Below, piece by piece: positions 13,149 through 22,740 of a stretch of DNA of 29,096 nucleotides; the stretch's first letter is position 1; each line of letters starts with the position of its first letter. Under the pieces are notes generated by a model. That model searched no databases. It saw nothing but the letters and a program-made list of their open reading frames with translations, and was not told where the DNA came from. Where the stretch lies: positions 1,242,001 through 1,271,096 of the forward strand of contig MU054132.1 in the NCBI GenBank assembly GCA_013239625.1, in the 5' to 3' direction. The DNA is from Lama guanicoe (taxonomy: Eukaryota). The position numbers and the translations under genes are program-made.

Positions 13149-13158
13149 GGGACTTCCC
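13149..13158 (+). promoter_or_regulatory. Candidate NF-kB site GGGACTTCCC ~1.15 kb upstream of gene A (mirror at 23594-23603 for gene B)
   Basis: Match to GGGRNWYYCC; motif match only. Confidence 0.4.
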
Positions 13159-14136
13159 CGGCTCTCAGCTCAGGGCTCCCATAGGGGCTGCCAGCCAACA
13201 GCCCCAGACAGCCCCGTGCAGACAACCAGGATGTTCACAAGAGTCTTGACTCAGGGACACAGACCAGTGATGTGTGTCCCTGATAACTGGCATCTGGAGA
13301 AGGGATGTGCCCAGGAATGTGTGAGGACTGGGAGGAGAAGCCGCCCGTGTGCACCTGTGCAAGCCCTGTGTACTACGAGGAGGGTCCTGGGAGGATACCG
13401 AGCAGGAGCCACCAGGGAGGTGGGAGGGGACCCAGGAGAGGGACACCAGGGGAGAAAGTGGAAGGGGGCTGTTTCACAGGACACAGAGTCCACAGTCCTG
13501 TGATGATAAGGACAATATTGGAGTGTAGCCTCTGGATCCAGGGAAGGCTGGCCATCCTGCAGTGGTTCTGGGTGTGACAGAGGACAGAGAAGTGTGGTCA
13601 ATAGTGTACATGACCTTTCTTCGGGCTCGGCTGGGAGGGACTAGGGCAACAGGCCAGTTCTCTTGGGGTCTAGGGATGCGACATTTTTACTCTGAGAAAG
13701 GCAGAGAAGACTAGGAGTGGGGACAGATGCAGTCATGCCCCTCACTGGCTGATGGTTAGGTCCAGAGAACAGGATGGTGTGGCCTTGGTGTCTGGGGACA
13801 AGCTGTGTGGGAAGGCAAAGATGGAAGTGGCGCTGCCAACTGTTCATCATATGTTAACTGAGTGCCTACTGGGGGCCAGGAGGCCCAGGAGCTGGAGGTT
13901 GTGTGGTGGATACACTCTTTCAGCCTGATTCTGAGGAGGTCACAGTGAGGAGTCAGAGAGGGTGTAGGGCAGAGCCTGGTCCCTCCGTCTCCTGGAGGAC
14001 CCAACCCTCTGGAGCAACCCTGCCCATGAAACTCCCCATGGGGCCCAGGAGAGGCCAAGATGTTGTCAGGGAGATGGAGAAACCATTTCTTCACCTTCCA
14101 CATGAGGCAGACCTCACCCACTGCCCAGCAATCCCC

Positions 14137-14253
14137 TGAGGCAAGAGCGGGGCCTGAGGCAAGTCCAGCTCACACCCTGGCCGGGGGCAGGGATGGGGCA
14201 GGTGGGGAAGGATCCTGCTTGAGGAATTGCATCCGGCCCAGGCTGAGCATAAA
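14137..14253 (+). promoter_or_regulatory. Gene A proximal promoter: TATA-like CATAAA (14248-14253) and C/EBP (NF-IL6)-type sites TGAGGCAAG (14137, 14155) and TTGAGGAAT (14219)
   Basis: Matches to T(T/G)NNGNAA(T/G) and a TATA variant ~45 nt before the ATG; myeloid cathelicidin genes are known C/EBP targets. Confidence 0.65.
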
Positions 14254-14293
14254 GGAGGGTCCTGTGGGCTGGGATGAGGCAGACTCGGGGACC

Positions 14294-14491
14294 ATGGAGA
14301 CCCAGAGGGCCAGCCTCTCCCTGCGCCGCTGGTCACTGTGGCTACTGCTGCTGGGACTAGCGGTGCCTTGGGCCAGCGCCCAGGCCCTGAGCTATAGGGA
14401 GGCGGTGCTTCGAGCTGTGGATCGCCTCAATGAGCAGTCCTCAGACCCCAATCTCTACCGCCTCCTGGAGCTGGACCTGCCGCCCAAGGCT
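14294..14491 (+). CDS. CATHL: Cathelicidin A exon 1 (signal peptide + N-terminal cathelin, 66 codons)
   Basis: [10 protein letters not shown]...LELDLPPKA, followed by donor GTGAGT at 14492. Confidence 0.96.
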
Positions 14492-16130
14492 GTGAGTCGG
14501 GGAGGGGCTGGGGAGGGAGGCGTCTCCCGCCAGGCTTGGCCACACTGTCCCTCCCTTTGCTCGCGCTGTACCTCCTGTCAGGGAGGCACCTCTCCCTCTA
14601 AGTGGGATCCCACCTCTCACAGAAATCCTCCCAGAGCTGGGCCCCCTCCCGTTGTGAGAGCCTTCTGCCTGGCATCTCTGCTGTGGGAACAGAGCCCTGA
14701 CAGCCCGCTCAGGCTCCAGGGCCTCCTGGGAGCTCCAGGGATACGCTGGGCTCACTGGCTCTGGGATGTGACTTCCCTGCTTCCAGTCCCCTGTGCACCC
14801 CATTGTCTCCCCACCAGGGAAGGGCTGTGCTCAGCCTGGGGGTTCCAGTGACAAGGTCTTCCCCTGCAGGTGTCCCCTGACTTCCTTCAGCCCCTCCAAG
14901 GGGAGGTGCCCCTCAGGAGTCAGGGTCTGAGGTCCCCTTCTGCTCCCTGTGTGCCTGGGAGCCCAGGACCAGGCTGTGTCCTCCTCCCCTCTGCACCCAG
15001 CCCCCAGCCCAGGGCCAGGCACATGGGAGGGGCTGTCAAGGGGGCCGTCCTGCCGGGGGGCAGGGAGACAGGTCATCAAGGAAGCATCAGCCTTAGCCAG
15101 TCTCCCCACTTTGATCCTTGAGCAGGACGAGAACCCAGACGCCCCGAAGCCTGTGAGCTTCATGGTGAAGGAGACCGTGTGTCCCAGGAGGACACAGCAG
15201 CCACCGGAGCAGTGTGACTTCAAGGAGAATGGGGTGAGGTTGGGAGCTAGGAGCACTGGTGGGTGCCTCCCCAGGACCCTAACAGAAGGCTTCAGGGAGT
15301 GGTTAGCAGCTCCTGGGGTGAGGGTGGGTGTTTATGGCTCAGGGGTTCCAGTCTGACCTGGAGTCTCCCCTTCCAGGTGGTGAAACAGTGTTTGGGGATA
15401 GTCACCCTGGACCAGATCACAGGCCAATTGGCAGTCACCTGTGATGAGGTGAGTGACCCCTTCTGGGCTGCAGGGGCTGCTGGTGGGGGTGGTGTGTGGA
15501 ATATTCTTTGGACCAATTACCTTACGTCCCATCCAGGGCAGGGCAAGTCCTGGACCCCGCTCACTGGAGCCCCAGATCTCCCACTCAGGCTCTGGAATCC
15601 CTTAGAGCAGTGGTTCTCTAAGTGGGCTTCCCACCCAGGGCTTGTCAGAAAAGCAGATTCTCAGGCCCCACTCATACCTACTGAATTAGAGTCTGTGGTG
15701 GGGCTCAGCAGTTTGTATTTTAAGAAGTCCTCCTGGGGATTCTGTGCTGAAGTTTAAGAGGCATTGAGCACAGTAAAAGGCTTTCAACCCCTGCTTCTGT
15801 CAAGCTTTGCTGGGATGGGCTTGTGACCCTGGGAAGCCCCTTGTCATCTCTGGACCTTGGTTTCCTCATCTGTGTGTGGGTGTAGGGATTCAACCATATG
15901 CTCCAAAAGTCACAGCCAAAGGGTGAACTGGGGACACAAGGCCCCTGGGGTCACCCAGGTAGGGGAGGTGTGTAAATGGGAAAGATTCTGTTCTTACATC
16001 TGGGTTCATTTCTCACAAGTGACCTGTTTCTTCCCATGTACAGCTCCAGAGTGTCGGTTTTGGCAGGATAGTAAGAAAGGCGATCAAGTATGTCCCGACA
16101 GTCATCCGTATAGCCAGCTGGTTTTTGTGA
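14294..16130 (+). CDS. CATHL: Cathelicidin (CAMP/CATHL family) precursor A, 4 exons: join(14294..14491,15126..15233,15377..15448,16044..16130), 154 aa; predicted mature peptide [24 protein letters not shown]
   Basis: Kozak ACCATGG at 14291; signal peptide [29 protein letters not shown] followed by cathelin motifs [14 protein letters not shown] and NLYRLLELD; four cathelin cysteines in exons 2-3; all introns GT-AG and phase 0; exon sizes 198/108/72 nt typical of mammalian cathelicidins; AATAAA ~65 nt after the stop. Exact paralogue number not assignable. Confidence 0.96.
15126..15233 (+). CDS. CATHL: Cathelicidin A exon 2 (cathelin domain)
   Basis: Acceptor ttgagcag; [36 protein letters not shown]; donor GTGAGG at 15234. 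Confidence 0.96.
15377..15448 (+). CDS. CATHL: Cathelicidin A exon 3 (cathelin domain)
   Basis: Acceptor ctccccttccag; [24 protein letters not shown]; donor GTGAGT at 15449. Confidence 0.95.
15608..15770. mobile_element. MER5A-like hAT MITE in intron 3 of gene A (diverged counterpart ~20935-21092 in gene B)
   Basis: CAGTGGTTCTC terminus, GCAGATTCTCAGGCCCC...ACTGAATTAGAGTCT pattern. Confidence 0.65.
16044..16130 (+). CDS. CATHL: Cathelicidin A exon 4 coding part (processing site + mature peptide)
   Basis: Acceptor tttcttcccatgtacag; [31 protein letters not shown]; this frame is absent from the supplied ORF track and was translated by hand. Confidence 0.93.
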   Translation, partial: LQSVGFGRIVRKAIKYVPTVIRIASWFL

Positions 16131-16195
16131 ATTGTGAGTCCAGGAAAGAGTCCTAAGGGTCCACCTGTCTTGGCTCAGGTTACTAGACTCTGAGA

Positions 16196-16201
16196 AATAA
16201 A
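16196..16201 (+). terminator. Polyadenylation signal AATAAA of gene A
   Basis: AATAAA ~65 nt downstream of TGA; conserved at the equivalent position in gene B. Confidence 0.85.
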
Positions 16202-16302
16202 TTCTGGTGAAAACAAACTCCTCCAGGCTTCAATTTCACTTTTCTCCCCTCCTCCCACTTACCAAGATTGCATCCTTAACTCTGGGAGGCCTTGTGATAT
16301 GC

Positions 16303-16335
16303 GTGTGTGTGTGTGTGTGTGTGTCTGTGTGTGTG
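16303..16335. repeat. (GT)n microsatellite 3' of gene A; right-arm counterparts are (CA)n at ~19665-19694 and ~20370-20385
   Basis: Direct reading. Confidence 0.9.
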
Positions 16336-16896
16336 AGATCATGTTGGGTGAATGGTGAGGGACCTCAGCAAGGACACTTATCCCCAGGGCAGTGGCCAAA
16401 GGGAGAGGAGGTAAGAAACAATGGAAGTAAGGCTGTCCCAGAAGCTGACAGTGTTGGGCTGACTGGGGTGGGGTCAGTGCAGAGAGGATGAGGCAGGTTG
16501 ATTCTCTGACAGGTGGACAATGGGGGGCTTCCTGACAGCAGGGTCACGGGCTGCTCAGTGTCCTGGTATAGGTATGAGATGAGCGTGGGGGGAGGTGACA
16601 GTTCAGTTTTGACCCCATTGGTTCTGAAGTGCTCAGGGGGATACTGGTCCCTGTGCGGGGCACTGGGTAGTAGGTGCTGTGAGCACCCTGCCCAGATCCT
16701 GCTCACTGGGCGGTGCTCCGTCCGCTAGCTGATTGCAGTGTGGGACATGGATGCTGATGGCCCCCAGGTGCCCCCTTTCCAGCTTCCTTCCCAGCTTCCC
16801 CAGGAGATGCCTGGGGGGTTTTGTCCCTTCTGCCCTCAGCCTGTGGGTGGTGACTGACTATGAGGGGACATCAGAGCCCAGCCTCTGCTTCAGTCA

Positions 16897-17075
16897 TACA
16901 CCCCACACGGAACCATATACATCACACATACACAAGCAAACACACCTCTGCACACACCCACACCCGCACACACTGCACAGAACACCTCACACATTACAGA
17001 CACTGTGACATTTTAATACCCAACAACCCCACTCTGCATACGCACATACACAAATACACCCACACAGACACAAAT
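16897..17075. repeat. CA-rich low-complexity tract at the start of the spacer
   Basis: Degenerate CACA/CATA repeats starting directly at the inner arm boundary. Confidence 0.75.
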
Positions 17076-17076
17076 A

Positions 17077-17535
17077 TGTTTAGAGTAAAATATTCAGAAG
17101 GCTGTGGAAGTGTTCCAGAGTAAGGGAGGCTAATAGGAACTTACGAATTCCTGAAACACCTGACCCTAGGCTGGATTCTGTACTGATGGTGACAAAGTAC
17201 TGTAAAGTGCATGGCTTTATCAACTGACACAACTGGATTGGGCCAGCACGAAGGAAGAAGTGTTGTGTCCATGTGAACATGTAAAGCTGATAACTGCTCT
17301 GGAGTTATACAAGAGGCTACCCCCTAGTCTTAAGAAAGACAAATGGAATTATTTAAGGGGAAAGAGCCAGCTCTACGATCTCAGCTTGAAATAACTTCTC
17401 TGTGTCTCAGTTTCCCGTGTGTCATAGCACAGAACAAGTCTATGTAACCGCTAGTTCTCAGTTTTACTGACAGTAATTTAGGGTGGCAATGTTCTGGAAA
17501 ACTGATTTTAGTTTTAACAAAATCCCATTCAATAG
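17077..17535. mobile_element. Probable solo LTR in the palindrome spacer
   Basis: AT-richer ~460 bp block beginning TGT with LTR-like composition; no clean TSD found. Confidence 0.35.
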
Positions 17536-18239
17536 AGGTGAGATCCAATTAAAACCGAGATGAGAGGATGGAGTCTCCCAGGGAAGCCCCAGCTGCTAGC
17601 TTGCAGTTGGCCAAGGCACCAAGGCAGGAAGAAAAACCCGGGACAGTGCCTTCCAGGTCCCCGCATTAGCCTTCCTGCTTGCCCTGCAGTACCCACAGAC
17701 GGCCAGTTGGGGTGATCTCAGAGCAGCTCCAGCAAGTGCCCAGTGTCCCTAGACAGCAGCAGCATTTATTTCCCTGGCAGGGCACCCACACTGCTACCAG
17801 GAAAACCACCTCCCCAGGACCAGCTTATCCATTAGGCACAGTAGGCACGATACCTAGGGTACCAGCCAGGGGACAGGACTTTTGGGCTCTCACTGCCACG
17901 GGAGTCATTCAGTCATATCGGAGGAAGTCTGGAGGGTCTCCCCGTACTATGCCAGTTGCTGACCTTCTAATGGCCTCATGGGAAAGGCTAGTGCAGAGGG
18001 AAAGGACAGTTCCTGTTCTCAGAGAAGTCTTGTGGGTGCAGGGGCTGCATTTTATTCATCTCCTTCTGCTCTGATGGGGATTCCAGGTGTCTCTCTGGGT
18101 CCCTGCTCTGACAGATGACCCAGCTCTGTGCCCTGCCACTGACCCAGACTGGTTATGGTCTCCTTGACTCCCTCACCCTCCCTTATTCAGATTTAGCCCC
18201 TGTGAGGTCCTTGACCTTGTTTCTCTACCTAAACCATTG

Positions 18240-18390
18240 ACAACCCCTGAAAGTATGTGGTTCCCAATTACACATAAAGAGGCAGAGGCCCAGAAAGGTC
18301 AGTTCTCAGTGCAAGACCACACAGGCAGAAGAGCAATGGCTTTCAGATGTCTAGACTCCTCAGAATTCTCTTTTTCTGCCCCACTGAGAG
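18240..18390. mobile_element. MIR fragment
   Basis: CCCAATTACACATAAAGAGGCAGAGGCCCAGAAAGGTCAG...CAAGACCACACAG resembles the MIR core. Confidence 0.5.
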
Positions 18391-19662
18391 TGAAGTGCAG
18401 TGCCCTGTTCCCCCTGTGGAGCCCAAACTAACTCCTGAGACCTCAGATGTGGGAGTCAAGCACTGGGTCCACAAGGACCTTGGCTGATAACAGCCCAGTG
18501 TCCCTCCCTGGCACAGCGAGGGTCTGGGGGAAGGAGAAGCCCCTATGTGTCTTCACTCATGGCTTTCCCTCTTCCTTACCTCTTGCTTCTCCTCCCCTCA
18601 CTGCGTGGGGCTTCTGTGCCCCCAAATCTCTGAGGCTGCCCCCACTGAGGTCCGTGGCCTCCACATTAGCACAAACACCGGGGAACCACTAGGAGTCATC
18701 GCCCTGGGCTCTCGGCCTCCTGTGCTACTCTGAGCACTCTGTAAACTCCTCAGGGCCCCTTGGCTGCCAGCGCTGCCCCGCCCCAACTCCTCTCCCGCAC
18801 CCCTACCCTGCACACCTCCGCCCCTCCTCTCTCTCAGCTCCACGTCAGGCCCCACACCTGAACCACCTGGCATGAGCTGGCCGGGCTCCACACAGCTCCA
18901 CCGCCATCTTAGGCCAGTTCTGTAGAAGCAGGGCCTGAGCTGGGAATTCAGAGTCATGTGATTAATTGAGGGGTGTGGTCAGGAGGAGGGGGAGGAGAGC
19001 AGGATTGGGCAGAGGAAGGAGCTGAGCAGAGAGGTGATCCCCCCTTAGCCCAGCTTCAGCCTCACCTAGAAAAGCCCAGGAACCAGAATTGCACCCCTGC
19101 TTTAGGAGTGACTGAGGCAGGGGCTGGGCTCTGATGTCCCCTCATAGTCAGTCACCACCCACAGGCTGAGGGCAGAGGAGACAAAACCCCCCAGGCACCT
19201 CCTGGGGAAGCTGGGAAGGAAGCTGGAAAGGGGGCACCTGGGGGCCATCAGCATCCATGTCCCACACTGCAATCAGCTGGGGGATGGAGCACCGCCCAGT
19301 GAGCAGGATCTGGGCAGGGTGCTCACAGCACCTACTACCCAGTGCCCTGCACAGGGACCAGTATCCCCCTGAGCACTTCAGAACCAATGGGGTCAAAACT
19401 GAACTGTCACCTCCCCCCACACTCATCTCATATCTACACCAGGACACTGAGCAGCCCGTGACCCTGCTGTTAGGAAGCCCCCCATTGTCCACCTGTCAGA
19501 GAATCAACCTGCCTCATCCTCTCTGCAGTGACCCCACCCCAGTCAGCCTGACACTGTCAGCCTCTGGTACAACCCTCCTTCCATTGTCTCTTCTCCTCTC
19601 TCTTGGCCACTGTCCTGGGGGACAGGTCCTTTCTGGGCTCCTTCACGACTTACCCCACATGA

Positions 19663-19698
<36 letters not shown>

Positions 19699-20483
19699 GT
19701 CAGGATGGCGGCTAAAATGGAGAAAGATTGACTCTCCTGCTAAAACCATCCCTGGCTCCCTATTGCAGTGTAGGACCTGGGTCTGTCCATCTCTCCAATC
19801 CCACCCAGGCCCACCCCTTGCATGCCCACCTAGAACACTGAGCAGAGTGTCATTCCTCACTCCTACCATGCCAAAACACCCTCCTTTCCCCCATGCTGGA
19901 CTCAGGCCCCCTCCTTTGCACACCTGTAACACTGTAGGCATCACTTCCCAATGGAACTCACAACCCAGTTTTACTGTCAAGGAAAACTAAGAAGCCAGGG
20001 TGCAGTGGCCTAAGGCTCAATACCATTCATGACAGGTTCTGTAACTTGTTGTCACAAGATTAGAAGGTCTCATGGGCCAACATCTGACACTCTCACCAGT
20101 GAATCAATTTAGACGGCACTGATAAGGCCTGCAGACTTCCCAGCCATGGGCCCATTACAGCTCCCTTCTCAAGGGTTGAGATGAAATATATTCCATTTTT
20201 TCTGGTATCAGTGTTCATATATGCATGTTCATGTCCTGGTTTGTGATGTGGGGGCCCTGAGAATGGAGATGCTCTCCTGGACCTTTTGGCCCTGGTGGCT
20301 CCCCCACTGCCCTCCTGGAAGGAACAACTGCTTCACCCATCTCTGTGTTCACTCGAGTGACCACACGCCCACACACACACACACATACGCAGGACAGCTC
20401 CAGAGTTAAGGATTTGGTCTCAGTAAATGGGAGGAGGTGAGACAAATGAAACTGAAGTCTGCAGGAAGTTGCTTTCACAAGAC

Positions 20484-20489
20484 TTTATT
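20484..20489 (-). terminator. Polyadenylation signal AATAAA of gene B
   Basis: TTTATT on + strand ~65 nt beyond the TAA stop. Confidence 0.85.
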
Positions 20490-20554
20490 TCTCAGAGTCC
20501 AGTAGCTTGAGGCAATGCCGGCAGACCCTTAGGGCTCTTCCATGGGCTCCCGAT

Positions 20555-20656
20555 TTACCCAAATACATTGAGTAACGGGCCAACTATTGGGCCAACCTTC
20601 CGCCAGGCGTTTTTAAGCTTTTTACGTGCCTTCTTAAAAAACCCAATACTCTGGAG
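20555..20656 (-). CDS. CATHL: Cathelicidin B exon 4 coding part (processing site + mature peptide)
   Basis: Acceptor ttctttctacttcacag; [36 protein letters not shown]. Confidence 0.95.
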   Translation of the reverse strand, partial: LQSIGFFKKARKKLKNAWRKVGPIVGPLLNVFG

Positions 20657-22408
20657 CTGTGAAGTAGAAAGAACCGGGTTACATATGGGGAATGGAACCA
20701 GAGGTGAGACCAGACATCTCCACACCTGGGCACCTCCCCTAACTGGGTAACCCCAGGAGCCTTGTGTCCCCAGTTCACCCTCTGGCTGTGACTTTTGGAG
20801 CATGTGGTTGAGTCCCTACACCCACACACAGATGAGGAAATCGAGGTCCAGAGATGACAAGGGGCTACTCTGGGTCGCAAGCCCATCCCAGCAAACCAGA
20901 GGGGAGCAGGGGCTGAAAGCCCATTACTCTAGTCAGTGCCTCTCAAATGTTAGCACAGTCAGAATCCCCTTCAGCTGGTTGAAATACAAGTTGCTGGGTC
21001 CCACCCCAGACTCTGATTCAGTAGGTCTCAGTGGAAACAGAATCTGCCTTTCTGACAAGTCCTGGGTGGGGAGCCCACTGAGAGAACCACTGCTCTAAGG
21101 GATTGCAGAGCCCAGCCTGGAGATCTGGGGCTCAGGTGAGGGGGAGCCAGGGGAGGAGGGCTCTCCTGCCGCTACAGGGATGGCACAGAGGGGAACTGGT
21201 CCAAAGGCTGTTCCACACACCACCTCCACTAGCAGCCCTTGCAGCCCGGAAGGACTCACTCACCTCATCACAGGCGATGTTCATTTGGCCCTTGACCTGG
21301 TCCAGAGTGATTGTCCCCACACACTGTTTCACCAGCTGGAAGGGGATATTCCAGGTCACAGTGGAACCCCTGAGCCATAACTACCCAGCCTCACCCCAGG
21401 GGCTGCAAGCCTTCTCCTGGAGCCTCCTGTTTGGGTCCTTGGGAGGCATCCACCAGCGCCCCCAGCCTCACCCCTTTCTCCTTGAAGGCACACTGCTCCG
21501 GTGGCTGCTGTGTCCTCCTGGGACACATGGTCTCCTTCAACATAAAGCTTACAGGCTTCGGGGCATCTGGGTCCTCGTCCTGCTCAAGGATCAAAGTGGG
21601 GAGAATGGCTAAGGCTGATGCTTCTTTGTGTGACCTGTCTCCCTGCCCTCAGCAGGACAGCCCCCTTGACAGCCCCTCCCATGTGCCTGGCCCTGGGCTG
21701 GGGACTGGGTGCAGAGGGGAAGAGGACACAGCCTGGTCCTGGGCTCCCAGGTGCACAGGGAGCAGGAGGGGACCTCAGACCCGCTCTCCTGAGGGGCACC
21801 TCCCCTTGGAGGGGTGAGGGAAGTCAGGGGACACCTGCAGGGAAAGATCTTGTCACGAATCTCCAGGCTGAGCACAGCCCTTCCCTGGTGGGGAGACAAT
21901 GGGGTGCACAGGGGACTGGAAGCAGGGAAGTCACATCCCAGAGCCAGTGAGCCCAGCGTATCCCTGGAGCCCCCAGGAGTCCCTGGAGCCTGAGCGGGCT
22001 GTCAGGGCTCTGTTCCCACAGCAGAGATGCCAGGCAGAAGGCTCTCACAACGGGAGGGGACCCAGCTCTGGGAGGATTTCTGTGAGAGGTGGGATCCCAC
22101 TTAGAGGGAGAGGTGCCTTCCTGACAGGAGGTACAGCGCGAGCAAAGGGAGGGACAGTGTGGCCAAGCCTGGCGGGAGACGCCTCCCTCCCCAGCCCCTC
22201 CCCGACTCACAGCCTTGGGCGGCAGGTCCAGCTCCAGGAGGCGGTAGAGATTGGGGTCTGAGGACTGCTCATTGAGGCGATCCACAGCTCGAAGCACCGC
22301 CTCCCTATAGCTCAGGGCCTGGGCGCTGGCCCAAGGCACCGCTAGTCCCAGCAGCAGTAGCCACAGTGACCAGCGGCGCAGGGAGAGGCTGGCCCTCTGG
22401 GTCTCCAT
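20555..22408 (-). CDS. CATHL: Cathelicidin (CAMP/CATHL family) precursor B, 4 exons: complement(join(20555..20656,21264..21335,21472..21579,22211..22408)), 159 aa; predicted mature peptide [29 protein letters not shown]
   Basis: Same exon architecture as gene A on the minus strand; GT-AG phase-0 introns; four cathelin cysteines; cationic amphipathic C-terminal peptide; AATAAA at 20489-20484. Confidence 0.96.
21264..21335 (-). CDS. CATHL: Cathelicidin B exon 3
   Basis: [28 protein letters not shown] flanked. Confidence 0.95.
21472..21579 (-). CDS. CATHL: Cathelicidin B exon 2
   Basis: [40 protein letters not shown] flanked. Confidence 0.96.
22211..22408 (-). CDS. CATHL: Cathelicidin B exon 1 (signal peptide + N-terminal cathelin)
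   Basis: Reverse complement of gene A exon 1 with no mismatch seen on reading; donor GTGAGT at 22210. Confidence 0.96.
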
Positions 22409-22448
22409 GGTCCCCGAGTCTGCCTCGTCCCAGCCCACAGGACCCTCC

Positions 22449-22565
22449 TTTATGCCCAGCCTGGGCCTGATGCAATTCCTCAAGCAGGAGCCTTCCCCAC
22501 CTGCCCCATCCCTGCCCCCGGCCAGGGTGTGAGCTGGAGTTGCCTCAGGCCCCGCTCTTGCCTCA
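22449..22565 (-). promoter_or_regulatory. Gene B proximal promoter: CATAAA (22454-22449) and C/EBP-type sites (22483-22475, 22565-22557)
   Basis: Mirror of the gene A promoter with a few substitutions. Confidence 0.65.
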
Positions 22566-22640
22566 GGGGATTGCTGGGCAGTGGGTGAGGTCTGCCCCCT
22601 GTGGAAGGTGAAGAAATGGTTTCTCCATCTCCCTGAAAAT

Positions 22641-22740
22641 TCTTGGCCTCTCCTGGGCCCCATGGGGAGTGTCATGGGCAGGGTTGCTCAATCTTGGCCT
22701 CTCCTGGGCCCCATGGGGAGTTTCATGGGCAGGGTTGCTC
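22641..22740. repeat. Tandem duplication of a 49 bp unit (period 51) in the gene B promoter
   Basis: TCTTGGCCTCTCCTGGGCCCCATGGGGAGT(G/T)TCATGGGCAGGGTTGCTC occurs at 22641 and 22692; single copy in left arm (~14012-14060). Confidence 0.95.

Larger units (their letters stand above)
9236..16896 (+). repeat. Left arm of large inverted segmental duplication (palindrome)
   Basis: Reverse complement of ~19109-27459: 9241 CTGAAGCAGC pairs with 27454-27445; mirrored ORFs 9441..10103/26592..27254, 10632..11144/25554..26066, 12720..12941/23811..24032; inner end CAGTCA 16891-16896 pairs with TGACTG 19109-19114. Confidence 0.95.

Noticed and set aside
13075..13150. G-quadruplex-forming tract upstream of the genes
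   Set aside because: G-runs are common throughout this GC-rich window; nothing distinguishes this one.
14060..14851. 263 aa ORF (and 283 aa mirror at 21824..22675) as single-exon proteins
   Set aside because: They are cathelicidin exon 1 extended into promoter and intron 1; the true start is the Kozak ATG at 14294/22408 and a strong GTGAGT donor ends the exon.
18430..18940. Degenerate third cathelin-like gene in the spacer
   Set aside because: Hand translation of the exon-like segments did not recover the cathelin cysteine pattern; kept only as a weak exon-like signal.
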